Below, piece by piece: positions 30,601 through 37,706 of a stretch of 64,000 bases of DNA (its first letter is position 1; the number at the start of each line of letters is the position of its first letter). The position numbers and the translations under genes were made by a program. The DNA is from Candidatus Woesearchaeota archaeon (GTDB taxonomy: Archaea > Nanobdellota > Nanobdellia > Pacearchaeales > GW2011-AR1): contig CAZQLD010000002.1 in assembly GCA_964594115.1 (NCBI GenBank), positions 10,450 to 74,449 of the forward strand. Direction: 5' to 3'. A model generated the notes under the pieces. That model made no database searches. It was not told the origin of the DNA and was given only the letters and a program-made list of their open reading frames with translations.

Positions 30601-32708
30601 TGACTAACACTCTGAATAACTTCACAACTCTTGATTTAAGTACAGAAGGAAACATAATGCAGTTTATCTCATATGAAAGTGATAAGATTGATATAAAAGG
30701 AAAAGAGAGTAGAGATGTTCTAATAACAATTAGCATTCCTGAACTAACAGACCAAGGGACTTATGAGGGAAGTTTGGTTTTGAGTTCTGGAAATAAAACT
30801 GGAAAAATACCTACAACAATCAAGGTTCTTTCACTTGAGGGAAAATTATTAGATGTGAAAATACAGCCTTTGAATACACGGGTTTCACCTGGTTCAATAT
30901 TAAAATTACAGAGAGATTTGGTTAATGTTGGAAAAACAATCAGGGTTAGTGGGTTATTTGATTTGCAACTTTTAGAGGTGAATACAGGAGAGATTATGGC
31001 AAGAAACGAAGAAAGATTTATGGTAGAAACAAGTGTGAGTGATATTAAGGAATTAGAGATTCCTAAGAAAATAAAAGAAGGAGAGTATATGGTTAAGGCT
31101 GTTGCTCATTATTCTACTATGGATAAAGATATGCAGGCAACTTCTATTGCCCATATTAGTGTAGCTTATCCTTTTTTAAGCAGGAGATTTTTGTGGCTTC
31201 CTTTGTGGTTTTACTTATTGTTGATTTTAATGATTGTCTTTTTGATTGGAACATATTCTTATGCTAAATGGCGTGAATTTAGAAAAAAGAGATTTAAGGT
31301 TAAGGTAGCCCTCAACAAGCTTCCCCAAGCAGGACCAAATTCAGGATTTATTGGAAAGATTGCAGAAATAGGGGCTAGAGCGTTTGTTAATTTGAATAAT
31401 TTACAAATGCATACATTAATTGCAGGAGGTACTGGCTCTGGTAAAACTATTGCTGCCCAAGGAATTGCAGAAGAAGCTCTGCTCCATAAAAAGAGTGTTA
31501 TTGTTTTTGATCCTACTGCCCAGTGGACTGGGCTTTTAAGAGCTTGTAAAGACAAAGGAATGTTAAGAAGGTATAGTTATTTCAATATGAAGACAAAAAA
31601 AGCAAGAGGATTCAATGGAACAATCAAAACAATACATGACCCTTATGAATTAATAGATATAGGGAAATATATGAATAAACCCGGAGAAATAACAGTATTT
31701 AATCTAATTCATTTAGCTCCAAAAGAAATTGATATTGTTATTTCAAGTACAATTGAGCAAATTTTTAAGTTAGAACCAGAAGAAAGCAAAAGTTTGAAGA
31801 ATCTAATTATATATGATGAAGTTCACAGACTTCTTCCTAAATTCGGAGGAAGTGGAGAAGGTTTCCTACAGCTGGAAAGAGGGGCAAGAGAATTTAGAAA
31901 ATGGGGGGTTGGTTTAGTTTTAATAAGCCAGGTATTAAGTGATTTTATTGGAGAGATTAAAGCTAATATTGGAACAGAGATTCAGTTGAGGACAAGATAT
32001 GAAGGAGATTTAGAAAGAGTTAATATGAAATATGGAGATGATATATTAAAATCTGTTGTTAAAGCGCCTATTGGAACTGGAATGGTTGTTAATGCAGAAT
32101 ATAATAATGGAAGCCCTTATTTTATTGCGTTTAGGCCTGTATTGCATAGCACTAAGAGATTGACAAAACCAGAATTGGAAAAATATGAAAAGCATTTTGA
32201 AGAAGCAGAAGACATAGAATATCAAATTAATCAATTGAGGACACTTGGGGCTGATGTGTTGGATTTAGAATTAGAACTAAAACTTGCAAGAGGAAAGATA
32301 AAGACAGGGCAGTTTCCAATGGCTGATATGTACCTTCAGATATTAAGACCTAAATTAGAAGAAAGTTGGATGAGTGTTGGAAAAAAGCCAAGACATTTGG
32401 TTAAGAAAAAGATAAGCAGAGAGGAAATTGTAGGAGGAATTGCTAAAGCGAAGGAAGAAAGGGTAAAATATATAAAGGAAAATCCCGAAGAAATAATAGA
32501 TATAGGACGAGAAATTTCAAAATTAAAGAAGAAATTAGCAGAAAAAAAGAGGAAAGGCGGAGATAAGAGACTTATTTCAAACATTGATTCCTGGATACAT
32601 GCTCTAAAAGAGAGAATAAAGCCATTTAAAGGAAAGATAAACACAGAAGACTCTGAAGTAATTATGAAGGCATTGGAGTCTGTAGGAAAAGAAATAGATA
32701 AATTGTAA
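21693..32708 (+). CDS. giant (3,671 aa) membrane protein: N-glycosylated Ig-like-repeat ectodomain fused via TM helix to a C-terminal cytoplasmic FtsK/HerA/VirB4-class P-loop ATPase
   Basis: The ORF is uninterrupted for 11 kb in an AT-rich background. TM1 is 'HLIGILLLLIIGILLV' (aa ~55-75). Ectodomain repeats include CRAS...DVDC repeats (x5) and NATL[YF][IV]WDS repeats (x3). A poly-Gly linker spans ~30426-30473. TM2 is 'WLPLWFYLLLILMIVFLIGTY' (~31188-31255). Walker A 'MHTLIAGGTGSGKT' (~31419-31451). Walker B 'LIIYDEVHRLLP' (~31802-31837). 'LISQVLSDFIGEIKANIGTEIQLRTR' follows. Confidence 0.7.
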   Translation: MVYKKYIKRGNKRFGPYYYESYRDKDGKVRTRYIGETIYCKSSKKGLDKVKTKHLIGILLLLIIGILLVRVLPLLEDSERTIGIKGGLRDLEKTGFSEEARAPIVGLAVSGETPVEMSTKKIEVKTKRYSVVINRPVKWVKTVKVDDKTDIENLTLEIPKEAEFINIKTAEEVQEVLENITDYNKEIKQLDKRDLKQGEVSLAALKTRTSLVLKIVNWVKDSRAKIVGYVLEEWEIEEGIKKTKDETVIELGRVVELEKQVEDILEKQAEAEIAVEYLTEGPQSVEEELPNGKRIRITAADEFEYKDILAYTELDNSISMQDVEKAKLYWYISEEDLKLIEEIPKTLEEVSNFEETEEIDVEFVKEREEIIGETKEIEEVVTISEENITEEIVEQPTSLENTSEETEIPTLGPLNKLVEWTKWIYGPEIVGSATAQETELEKKLIKVPVEFEAYDLDEDGNVDYIEWIVPYLSEQVYEFVIEIAKAEHLDENKNFIADIYSVVSEKDNVWGTVGNNEYLRIIFEQPLKSKDDITVYMKAGQPAEIEVYEGNTEELIAVFESIQEENLYKVYLTNLREESYYIFDLKIKGEVEFDSVYGTVWKEVCDEKEICVYESEKEGIKAEIGNKDREDKEYEPHLKLSKWNNEVLFKIKPDSENSISKITGSVVSEKIKEIRWDKPKIKGEDSVDMSSELKEVEWHYEEIGDFPVLKMDEIIKQKPDTNIFSYKIESENLDYYYQLPLYLEYGLTEPNSTCNATNCQGAYRPVNVVGSYAVYHKTKANNEYKTGKAFHIYRPKIYEKNNENNWIWGDLNIDEEQGILTITIEQNWLDNADYPIVIDPVFGYQTVGGSMAKLSTYQGEEYGNTPRGSLFTMPEIGWVDSISAYIHMYSNDLGHAGAIYKHFDSSKVGQTETVLLLGDSTVSWRTFNFNPPASVSNIDYVLVVHQWTGGYYTNLYYDSGTTNQGHYRDAEHAESLPSPLSFIHDNKKCSIYATYTIPDIIPPIISIVSIGGDSSSPYSTSDNTPLAVITTNENADCRASRDGDESYDSMSDDVDCSGDGGKSHNCQFGLLSDGSPTVYFACRDTIGNKNTASNNKQTAVQIDTNPPTQSNHNPAKGSTINTKSPTITFTTNELGDCRASLLDESYDSMSNDVDCTSGTSTSHSCSMSGLSEGSEVVYIACKDDTSVSPNKDTVASNEHVNYIVDAVAPIVTINSIGGDTSPPFNISDISPSVSATTNENADCRASNDGDESYDSMSDDVDCSGDGGTSHTCNFGIIGAGTHIISVSCRDSVGNKNTAGDNDNEQVEIDNSAPIVTINSIGGDTSPPFNISDISPSVSATTNENADCRASNDGDESYDSMSDDVDCSGDGGTSHTCNFGIIGAGTHIISVSCRDSVGNKNTAGNNDNEQVEIDNSVPTQLNHNPAKGSTISTKSPTITFNTNEIGDCRASLSDESYDNMSNDVDCTSGASTSHSCSMSGLSEGSEVVYIACEDDTSVSPNKDTAASNEHVNYIIDTSAPAVQFVFPTTQSGSYSQNYIKANVTANDPSLADITVYLYFQFGLLQSSSINSPLFVEFTPLSEGTYYLNATAIDTLGNRGSSETRTIILDRSDPTITLISPVNGDVRTTPLFNFAADFNDRALKNATLYVWDSSRNIVNITTTALSGTSDSASIPVTLPYEDTFYWNYYACDDLGNCRFSNVNWSVTYVTIKIGLDVIWPPGNVDVSQNQLFNVTLKVSCSGADCGDVDVSLDPDVKLQIENLEDVFFGSSLGDQYSAVKFDIGSVPQNMVIENAFLALYVSETGSGLDSDVKYYRINNQGWTEGNTAGAMWNLRNSRDTGKTDNSAFSSTGWTYLDVTEAVRKEYESGNKNVSFWLEDPDNAADVPTNSYGGEDYLRIGKGVSNFFHRFYSKEHTGVSNRPYLNIIYRKGLIPTTPSVPFYTIYNNPIRISLFAGDTKLVIFWVNATGSGTWNFFAYVNKTNAMSISNITSFWNVTIIDVTNPTIKLTSPINGEQIQSSPVNFKANFYDAGLKNATLYIWDSNGINYTQTIALSGTSDSASIPVILGDGNYKWNYQACDVGDNCISNNINWTFSLDATPPEVNLLSPPDNLTITSQQTFSFEANFTDINLKNATLFIWDSTNSIVHKQTDTFLGNYGYSNISVTLPDSGTFYWNYYACDGLGNCRFSNVNWSLILGSVPITNTPVLTNVNPQLGPSSDLNCSFVITDSNPSDPLAANVRWYRNGVEESAVNVNVQNGVMHSVILDSNYINAWENWTCSVIPYDGSAFGILKNSNHVFIKALLDIQYSSSKQDLGTIINYSISANLINKHTAQLETGDILIEVSNSSGVQAAGICVSSSSCFRSWFVPISLGYGIYLVNITGSNKTHYLSKSVSFSDSISLWSWNVNPSSLDKIKAIGSQGILEIIDVNNMGSEIMDFNILSNNPSIIWPDVSFLQVPPDQKNSFTLNYSAPAKGTYSINVSVRNQEVTAVPRELNVIINFTSADLKVNLISPTNQIPLTNVSIAQKVEIITNASYEGAPIINDSTWIIKIGGRDCGDITYFYDFINAYWNISCSAPDVPDDRPHPLEAVMLSNEYGEVSYSEDDVVYYRDTSPPVFENIFRNNININGLINLIANVSDNLGVKYVVANITDPNSSSFECNMTNIGGLWFCNSIILNLAGEYIVDYIASDVSGNTGYAQDWFEVYDRYFWAVSLVDYNSTPVSNVSISLSRPYTGPVLVSNITNAFGKANFYVNKRKYDIRGGISGDEFIVREIDFVNSSNPIYLNFYRYKGELGEVIPLHRFDEISSFGIVSNSTNMDSNLVTLIFNYSSLINNVNSLTNLEIMQCSVWDYAARSCLGVWQALSSSRDIDVKTITGNSTGFSAYFLTENTCGTGGCEPAFGEAVGNCGDCIAGGGGPSGGGGGGGGGGSISRSQVTQITESLIKVGGVRIDTSSIYEELFPGETTTINIKLTNTLNNFTTLDLSTEGNIMQFISYESDKIDIKGKESRDVLITISIPELTDQGTYEGSLVLSSGNKTGKIPTTIKVLSLEGKLLDVKIQPLNTRVSPGSILKLQRDLVNVGKTIRVSGLFDLQLLEVNTGEIMARNEERFMVETSVSDIKELEIPKKIKEGEYMVKAVAHYSTMDKDMQATSIAHISVAYPFLSRRFLWLPLWFYLLLILMIVFLIGTYSYAKWREFRKKRFKVKVALNKLPQAGPNSGFIGKIAEIGARAFVNLNNLQMHTLIAGGTGSGKTIAAQGIAEEALLHKKSVIVFDPTAQWTGLLRACKDKGMLRRYSYFNMKTKKARGFNGTIKTIHDPYELIDIGKYMNKPGEITVFNLIHLAPKEIDIVISSTIEQIFKLEPEESKSLKNLIIYDEVHRLLPKFGGSGEGFLQLERGAREFRKWGVGLVLISQVLSDFIGEIKANIGTEIQLRTRYEGDLERVNMKYGDDILKSVVKAPIGTGMVVNAEYNNGSPYFIAFRPVLHSTKRLTKPELEKYEKHFEEAEDIEYQINQLRTLGADVLDLELELKLARGKIKTGQFPMADMYLQILRPKLEESWMSVGKKPRHLVKKKISREEIVGGIAKAKEERVKYIKENPEEIIDIGREISKLKKKLAEKKRKGGDKRLISNIDSWIHALKERIKPFKGKINTEDSEVIMKALESVGKEIDKL
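25319..25942 (+). repeat. two tandem ~312-bp copies (~99% identical) inside the giant ORF
   Basis: 25319-25630 and 25631-25942 differ at only a few bases near their 3' ends. Antisense ORFs 25402..25632 and 25714..25968 give identical peptides, which confirms the duplication. Confidence 0.85.
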
Positions 32709-32740
32709 ATTTTCACGATATTTGAGTAAAAGAGGTTAAA

Positions 32741-34018
32741 ATGTTTTTTAAGAAAAAAGAAAAAGGAGTTCCTGATGTAGGTCAGGAAGATACTTATGAT
32801 AGGGAGATGAACAGAAATGGTGTTGAGCTCAGAGACGAATCGGGAGAACCTTCTATGATGCCAGAATCCTCAAACCCTAATTTTTCTTCAACTCCCAATA
32901 TCCCGAGCATTGCTTCTCCTAATGCTCCCCCTCCTTCTCCAAGTATGCCTGCTCCTGAGCCTCCGAATCTTCCTCCTTCAAATATGCCAGCCCCTACTTT
33001 AAATATGTCTGCTTCTAATATGATTGCATTGGAGTTTGAAAAAATTAATGCAAAGATTGAGGCAATGGTTGTATGGATAAAGCAATTTTATGAAAGATTC
33101 TATCATGCTTGTGAAAATATAGGAGAGGTTAGAAATATGGCACTTACAAATGAGAAAAGTATTGCTAAAGCAGTTAGAGACTCAACTAGGGCTATTGACC
33201 TTGTTAAAGAAGTGAAGCCAGAAAAATTAAGAATTGATAACAGGAGATTAGATATGAAAATAAATGCTCTTTCTGAGAAAATAGAATTAAGCAAACAATT
33301 TTCAGAGAGTATTATGAAAGAACTTAAGGTTTTGAAAAGAAGAGCAGATGTTTTTATTGGGACAGAGGAGTTGTTGAAGTTAAATGATGAGGTTAAGAAA
33401 GATTTGATTGAAATCCAAAAATTTGGTTCAAGGGTAAGATTAGATTCAGATAAATCAGAACAGATTTTTATTGAATTGAAAAAATCCTTATCAGAGGTTC
33501 AGAGAATAGATGCCAAATTCACTAATTTCAGTAATATTTCTTCTGAGTTGAGGGAGGAAGTAGAAAAATTAAAAATTAAAGCACGTCATTTAGATGATAT
33601 TAGAAAATCCAGTGATTTAACAGAAGATTTAATTGAAAAAACACTTTTGCTTGCGAAAAAGAACAAGCAAGCCATAGGAGGATTTACAGTTACAGATTAT
33701 GAAAAGAGGTTAAATGCTATTTTGAAAGTGGTGGATAATCTCGTCGGACAGATTTCTGATATTAAAAGAAAACTAGCAGGGTCAGAAGATGTTGATCTGG
33801 CTCCAAAAACAGTTAATGTTAAAAAGATAATTAAGGACCTGCCTTCAATTAAAAAAACAAGAAACCCAAAACCTGAAAAACTAAAATCTAGAAACCCTAA
33901 AAAATCCAAGAGATATGTTAAGTCTGAAGAGCCTCCTGAACTTCCTGTGCCTCCTATACCTTCACCTCCTCCTGAAGAAAATAAAGAAAGAAAGAAAAGA
34001 AACAGGAAAAAACAATGA
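32741..34018 (+). CDS. Pro-rich N-terminus + long coiled-coil protein with basic C-terminal tail
   Basis: 'PNAPPPSPSMPAPEPPNLPPSNMPAP', then ~250 aa of heptad-like K/E-rich helix. C-terminus 'PPELPVPPIPSPPPEENKERKKRNRKKQ'. Confidence 0.45.
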   Translation: MFFKKKEKGVPDVGQEDTYDREMNRNGVELRDESGEPSMMPESSNPNFSSTPNIPSIASPNAPPPSPSMPAPEPPNLPPSNMPAPTLNMSASNMIALEFEKINAKIEAMVVWIKQFYERFYHACENIGEVRNMALTNEKSIAKAVRDSTRAIDLVKEVKPEKLRIDNRRLDMKINALSEKIELSKQFSESIMKELKVLKRRADVFIGTEELLKLNDEVKKDLIEIQKFGSRVRLDSDKSEQIFIELKKSLSEVQRIDAKFTNFSNISSELREEVEKLKIKARHLDDIRKSSDLTEDLIEKTLLLAKKNKQAIGGFTVTDYEKRLNAILKVVDNLVGQISDIKRKLAGSEDVDLAPKTVNVKKIIKDLPSIKKTRNPKPEKLKSRNPKKSKRYVKSEEPPELPVPPIPSPPPEENKERKKRNRKKQ

Positions 34019-34716
34019 GTGAAAAACCCCCTTTAAAGAAAGAATCTAAAAAAGAGAAAGTTAAGGGGAAAAAGAAAGCAATTGGAAAGCGCCCTTTATC
34101 TAGGAGATTTACAAGGGCTACAGGAGGTCCTGCGGTTTTGACTCCTTCTCAGTTTGAAATAGAACCCCTGTTTATCCCGCAACTTACTCCAGATTATCCT
34201 GAAGAAAAGTTAAGAGGGATTATTAAGAAAACTGAGGTTAAGCCAAAAACCAGTATTAAGGATTTAGCTAGAAAGCTTGATGCTCTTAAGCATGCGTATT
34301 TGTCTAAAAAACAAAAACCAGTTGTTATGGAAAACCCTCCCATTAAGAAGCCCCCTGTTAAAAAACCAGAATTTCCAAGCAATAAGATAATTTTGATTAA
34401 AAAACCTTTAGTTAAAAAACCAATACTAATCTTCACGAAAAAATCAGTTACAAAGAAACCTGATAAAAAACTAGAGTCCTTAACTAAAAAGGCAATCTTA
34501 ATCAAGAAAACCCCTGAATCCAAAGGATTCCCAAAACCCCTAATTAAAAAATTAAAGCCAGTTGTTGTCAAAAAACCCATGAAAAAAGAACCTGCTAAAT
34601 CTACAGGAGAGTTCCTTAAATTACCTAAGATGCCATCTTTAACCTTTTCACTGAAAAAATCCTCGAAACAAGAAAAAACAAAGAAAAAGTCTATAGCCAA
34701 AGAAGATAATAAATGA
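34015..34716 (+). CDS. Lys/Pro-rich repetitive basic protein
   Basis: Repeats of 'KKP(x)VKKP', 'IKKPLVKKPILI', 'LIKKLKPVVVKKPMKK'. 4-nt overlap with the upstream ORF. Confidence 0.4.
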   Translation: MSEKPPLKKESKKEKVKGKKKAIGKRPLSRRFTRATGGPAVLTPSQFEIEPLFIPQLTPDYPEEKLRGIIKKTEVKPKTSIKDLARKLDALKHAYLSKKQKPVVMENPPIKKPPVKKPEFPSNKIILIKKPLVKKPILIFTKKSVTKKPDKKLESLTKKAILIKKTPESKGFPKPLIKKLKPVVVKKPMKKEPAKSTGEFLKLPKMPSLTFSLKKSSKQEKTKKKSIAKEDNK

Positions 34717-34719
34717 AAT

Positions 34720-34914
34720 TCAACCGAGCTTTTTTTCTATATCTTTAATTCTTTGCTCAAAATTTTGTTTTCTAAGTTCCTGTGTTTCTGGATCTTGTTC
34801 TTTTTTTAGAAAATTCATTAGTTTCAATTTTCTGTAAATAAGAAGTAAGAGTATAATTAGGACTACTACTATTGCAACTAATGCTCCTAAGATTATCATG
34901 ACCCAGTATTCCAT
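34720..34914 (-). CDS. small single-pass membrane protein
   Basis: N-terminal TM 'VMIILGALVAIVVVLIILLLLIY'. Confidence 0.3.
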   Translation of the reverse strand: MEYWVMIILGALVAIVVVLIILLLLIYRKLKLMNFLKKEQDPETQELRKQNFEQRIKDIEKKLG

Positions 34915-34968
34915 TTTAGACTCCTCTTTTTGTTTTTAATTAGAAGGATTTATAGTTTTTAAGTTTAT

Positions 34969-35727
34969 CTAAGGTTTATTTTCTATTAATGAATAGGGCG
35001 TTGTCCTATAGAGTATAAATCTGCTTCCAACAAACTCAGAAATAACTGCACTGATTCTTAAATCTCCAGTAATTGCCTTAAAAACCCCTCCTGTTATAGG
35101 AATCCTTGCGCTTTTTGAGAAGTTCTCAATTATTTTTTTAATGTCATCTTCTGATAATTTTATTTTTGTGAAATTTACTCTGTTTGCTTTTTTAACAAGT
35201 ATGAGTTTCTCAGGTCCAAGACACTCTATAATTGTAATTGCTTTGTCTTTTAAAAGTATATTCAACTTTCCTAAATCTGGTTCTGCTCTGGTTTCTGTAA
35301 CTGGAGGAGCTGACATTTCTGATGGAGGGGCGGAAATAGGTCTGGTAAATCTTCTTGTAAGGCGAGTTGGTCGAATTGTTAGGTTTGATGGCCTTTGTAT
35401 TTTTGGCAGGGGCTTAATTGGATGTATTGGCTGGATTCGTTGTATTGGCCGGGGAAAAATTTGTGTGGGCTGCGCCACTTCTGGAACAATACGCGGCAAG
35501 AAATTTTCAGCAGGTTTTTCTATTCTTTTTTTAGATTCTTGCTCCTTTAATTTAGTCATTTCTTGTAATATTTGGGAGTGGGGCAGTATAGGAGGAAGCA
35601 CATGGATTTCTTTAGCTGGCTGTTCAGCAGGTTTTTCTATTGCAGGCTTTTTAGAGTTAATAATAAGCTCTTGAGTAAAAAGTTTCAAAAAAAGAATTTT
35701 ATCTTTATTAGTCATTTGTTTTAACAT
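34969..35727 (-). CDS. Pro-rich linker protein with folded C-terminal domain
   Basis: Central 'PxxPxQ' repeats ('PRIVPEVAQPTQIFPRPIQRIQPIHPIKPLPKIQRP'). The C-terminal ~110 aa are globular. Preferred over the antisense ORF 35141..35674. Confidence 0.4.
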   Translation of the reverse strand: MLKQMTNKDKILFLKLFTQELIINSKKPAIEKPAEQPAKEIHVLPPILPHSQILQEMTKLKEQESKKRIEKPAENFLPRIVPEVAQPTQIFPRPIQRIQPIHPIKPLPKIQRPSNLTIRPTRLTRRFTRPISAPPSEMSAPPVTETRAEPDLGKLNILLKDKAITIIECLGPEKLILVKKANRVNFTKIKLSEDDIKKIIENFSKSARIPITGGVFKAITGDLRISAVISEFVGSRFILYRTTPYSLIENKP

Positions 35728-35764
35728 TTTAAAAACAAAAAATAATTTACTGAGATAACTTTAA

Positions 35765-36145
35765 TTATAAGTGGGGATATCTCGGCCTTCCTGGATTTAA
35801 ATTACGTACAGGGGGTCTTTCTCTTAACCTTTCTTCTATTAAAGTTAGGCCTCTGGCTATTGTTTTGTTTTGTTCAAGCAGAATATCTAGTTTCTCTAAG
35901 AGTTCTTGATTTTTCTCTTCTGTTTTCGTAATTGATTTTTTTTCTATGTCTGGGATTTGTTTTTCTACAAAACTTTTTGCAGATATTTCAAAAAGCTGGA
36001 GTAATTTAGACATTTTTTCAGAAAGTGAGTCAAATTTAATAGATAAATTTGTAAGAACTTTTTGCAAATTGACAAAATTTTCTATAAGCATTTTGTCAAG
36101 TTCTGGTTTTGCTGGATTTTTTATTTTTGCCACTTTATTTTTCAC
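35765..36145 (-). CDS. coiled-coil protein
   Basis: 126 aa, heptad-rich. Confidence 0.35.
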   Translation of the reverse strand: MKNKVAKIKNPAKPELDKMLIENFVNLQKVLTNLSIKFDSLSEKMSKLLQLFEISAKSFVEKQIPDIEKKSITKTEEKNQELLEKLDILLEQNKTIARGLTLIEERLRERPPVRNLNPGRPRYPHL

Positions 36146-36223
36146 ATCTTTTTTTCATAATTAAGTTAGGAATATGTAATTTATAAAGATTGCGATAATA
36201 GTATAGAATAATTAATTTTTACA

Positions 36224-37084
36224 TTAATTTTCTCCTCTCTTTAATCTTTCTAACTCCTCTTTATCCCTTCTTAATTTTTCTTCAGCTTCTTTTATCTTGT
36301 TTTTTTTATTTTTAATGTTAGCTATTTCTTCTTGAAGCGCCCTTGCTCTTTTTTCTAATTCTAAGAGTTTTTTTTCTTCTTCAGTTAAATCTTTTTCACT
36401 TACTGCTCTTTCTTTTATTTCATCTTTGATTTCACTATATTTGCGAATCTTGATATTTTTAGATGATGGTTTTCTTATTAGTAAGGGTTTTTTTAGTATT
36501 GTCTTTCTAAAAATAAGAAACAGTATTGCTGCAACAATGAGAATCCCTATAGTAATAAAATAAACAATATTTGGAAGAAATCCATCACCTTCAGGAGCAC
36601 TTGAGCCAACTGTTGCATTTAAATTTTCTGTTCCTTCTGATGAGGATGTTGTAGTAGTTGTATTTGTTGTAGTAGTTGTATTTGTTGTAGTAGTTGTATT
36701 TGTTGTAGTTGTAGTAGTTGTATTTGTTGTAGTTGTAGTAGTTGTATTTGTTGTTCCCATGTGTTCTTCTTTGAGTAACCTAAGGCTAATTGTACCTCCT
36801 GTGGTATATCCTTCAAATTTCTTAAATACAACCAGTTTTCCATTTTTTCTTACTATTATGGAAAAATCTATCTTGCTTAGGTCGCAATTGAATTCAAATA
36901 TTGCTTTTCCTTTTGAGCCTGAATCTTTATTTAAAATTTGAATAGGATCTTCTACAGCTGGATTGAATATATTAGCAGTTACATTGTGATAGGCATAAGT
37001 TTCTACTTCTATTTGAGTAGTTACAGCTGAGACACTAGCTATTGCAAATAAGACTATAAGAATACAAATTATTTTTTTCACCAT
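36224..37084 (-). CDS. membrane protein with mucin-like Thr/Asn repeat stalk and cytoplasmic coiled-coil tail
   Basis: Signal peptide and beta ectodomain. 'TNTTTTTTTNTTTTTTTNTTTTTNTTTTTNTTTTT' is encoded by a 21-nt periodic repeat. TM is 'IVYFITIGILIVAAILFLIF'. K/E-rich coiled coil follows. Confidence 0.5.
   Translation of the reverse strand: MVKKIICILIVLFAIASVSAVTTQIEVETYAYHNVTANIFNPAVEDPIQILNKDSGSKGKAIFEFNCDLSKIDFSIIVRKNGKLVVFKKFEGYTTGGTISLRLLKEEHMGTTNTTTTTTTNTTTTTTTNTTTTTNTTTTTNTTTTTSSSEGTENLNATVGSSAPEGDGFLPNIVYFITIGILIVAAILFLIFRKTILKKPLLIRKPSSKNIKIRKYSEIKDEIKERAVSEKDLTEEEKKLLELEKRARALQEEIANIKNKKNKIKEAEEKLRRDKEELERLKRGEN
36648..36754 (-). repeat. 21-nt periodic coding microsatellite (gttgtagtagttgtatttgtt)n encoding a Thr/Asn stalk
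   Basis: Five direct units read from sequence. Confidence 0.8.
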
Positions 37085-37146
37085 TTTTATTTTATGAGGG
37101 AAGTATTATTTATAAATATTTCTAAGGAGAAAACTAGCTGATAAAA

Positions 37147-37218
37147 TGGGCGCGGGGGGAGTTTAACCCCCTTCTGGTGGTCTGGAGCCACCTATTCTAG
37201 ACGTTGAACTACGCACCC
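37147..37218 (-). tRNA. tRNA-Trp (anticodon CCA), intron-less
   Basis: Reverse complement folds as GGGTGCG-TA-GTTC..GAAT-A-GGTGG-CTCCAGA-CCACC-AGAAG-GGGGG-TTAAACT-CCCCC-CGCGCCC-A. Confidence 0.75.
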
Positions 37219-37301
37219 TTAAAATGAATAAAAATTTGTAGTTTAAAAAGATATAGTTTTATAAGATAAATATTTATAAATAGAATTCAACAAAGATTAA
37301 C

Positions 37302-37706
37302 ATGAGTGGAGAAGCAAAATCAAGAGTTTTTGGCAGTTTTGAATTAAGTGGGGGATGGGCAATGGATTGCAGATTAGATATCTTAGCATGCAGGATTTCT
37401 AATGAAAAACTTGATGTTGTGGAAATTAAAAAACAAGCTGATAGATATGTTGTCAGTTCTCTAGACAAGAACCAGATTCCAGAGGGACTTGTAACTGCCT
37501 GTACTAATGCATTAATTGATCACGTAGATTTATATGCTGCTGCAAGCTCACTAGATTCAGAAAAATATGAGAAAGTTATATTTGAAAAAAATGAAAATGG
37601 CAGGTCTTATAGACTGCTAGTAAATCATCCTTTTGAAAAGTTATTAAAATTTCTAACAGATAAAGAAACTCTTCTTAGGAGTAGGATTTTTACTCCAGCT
37701 GTGTAA
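37302..37706 (+). CDS. hypothetical protein
   Basis: ORF only. Confidence 0.3.
   Translation: MSGEAKSRVFGSFELSGGWAMDCRLDILACRISNEKLDVVEIKKQADRYVVSSLDKNQIPEGLVTACTNALIDHVDLYAAASSLDSEKYEKVIFEKNENGRSYRLLVNHPFEKLLKFLTDKETLLRSRIFTPAV

Noticed and set aside
35141-35674. 177-aa plus-strand ORF
   Set aside because: It is antisense to the better-supported minus-strand gene 34969..35727 (structured C-domain, start/stop context). Its translation is Cys/Gly/Ser-rich junk.
36619-36843. 74-aa 'QQIQLLQLQQ' repeat ORF
   Set aside because: It is an alternative frame of the 21-nt Thr/Asn coding repeat of gene 36224..37084.
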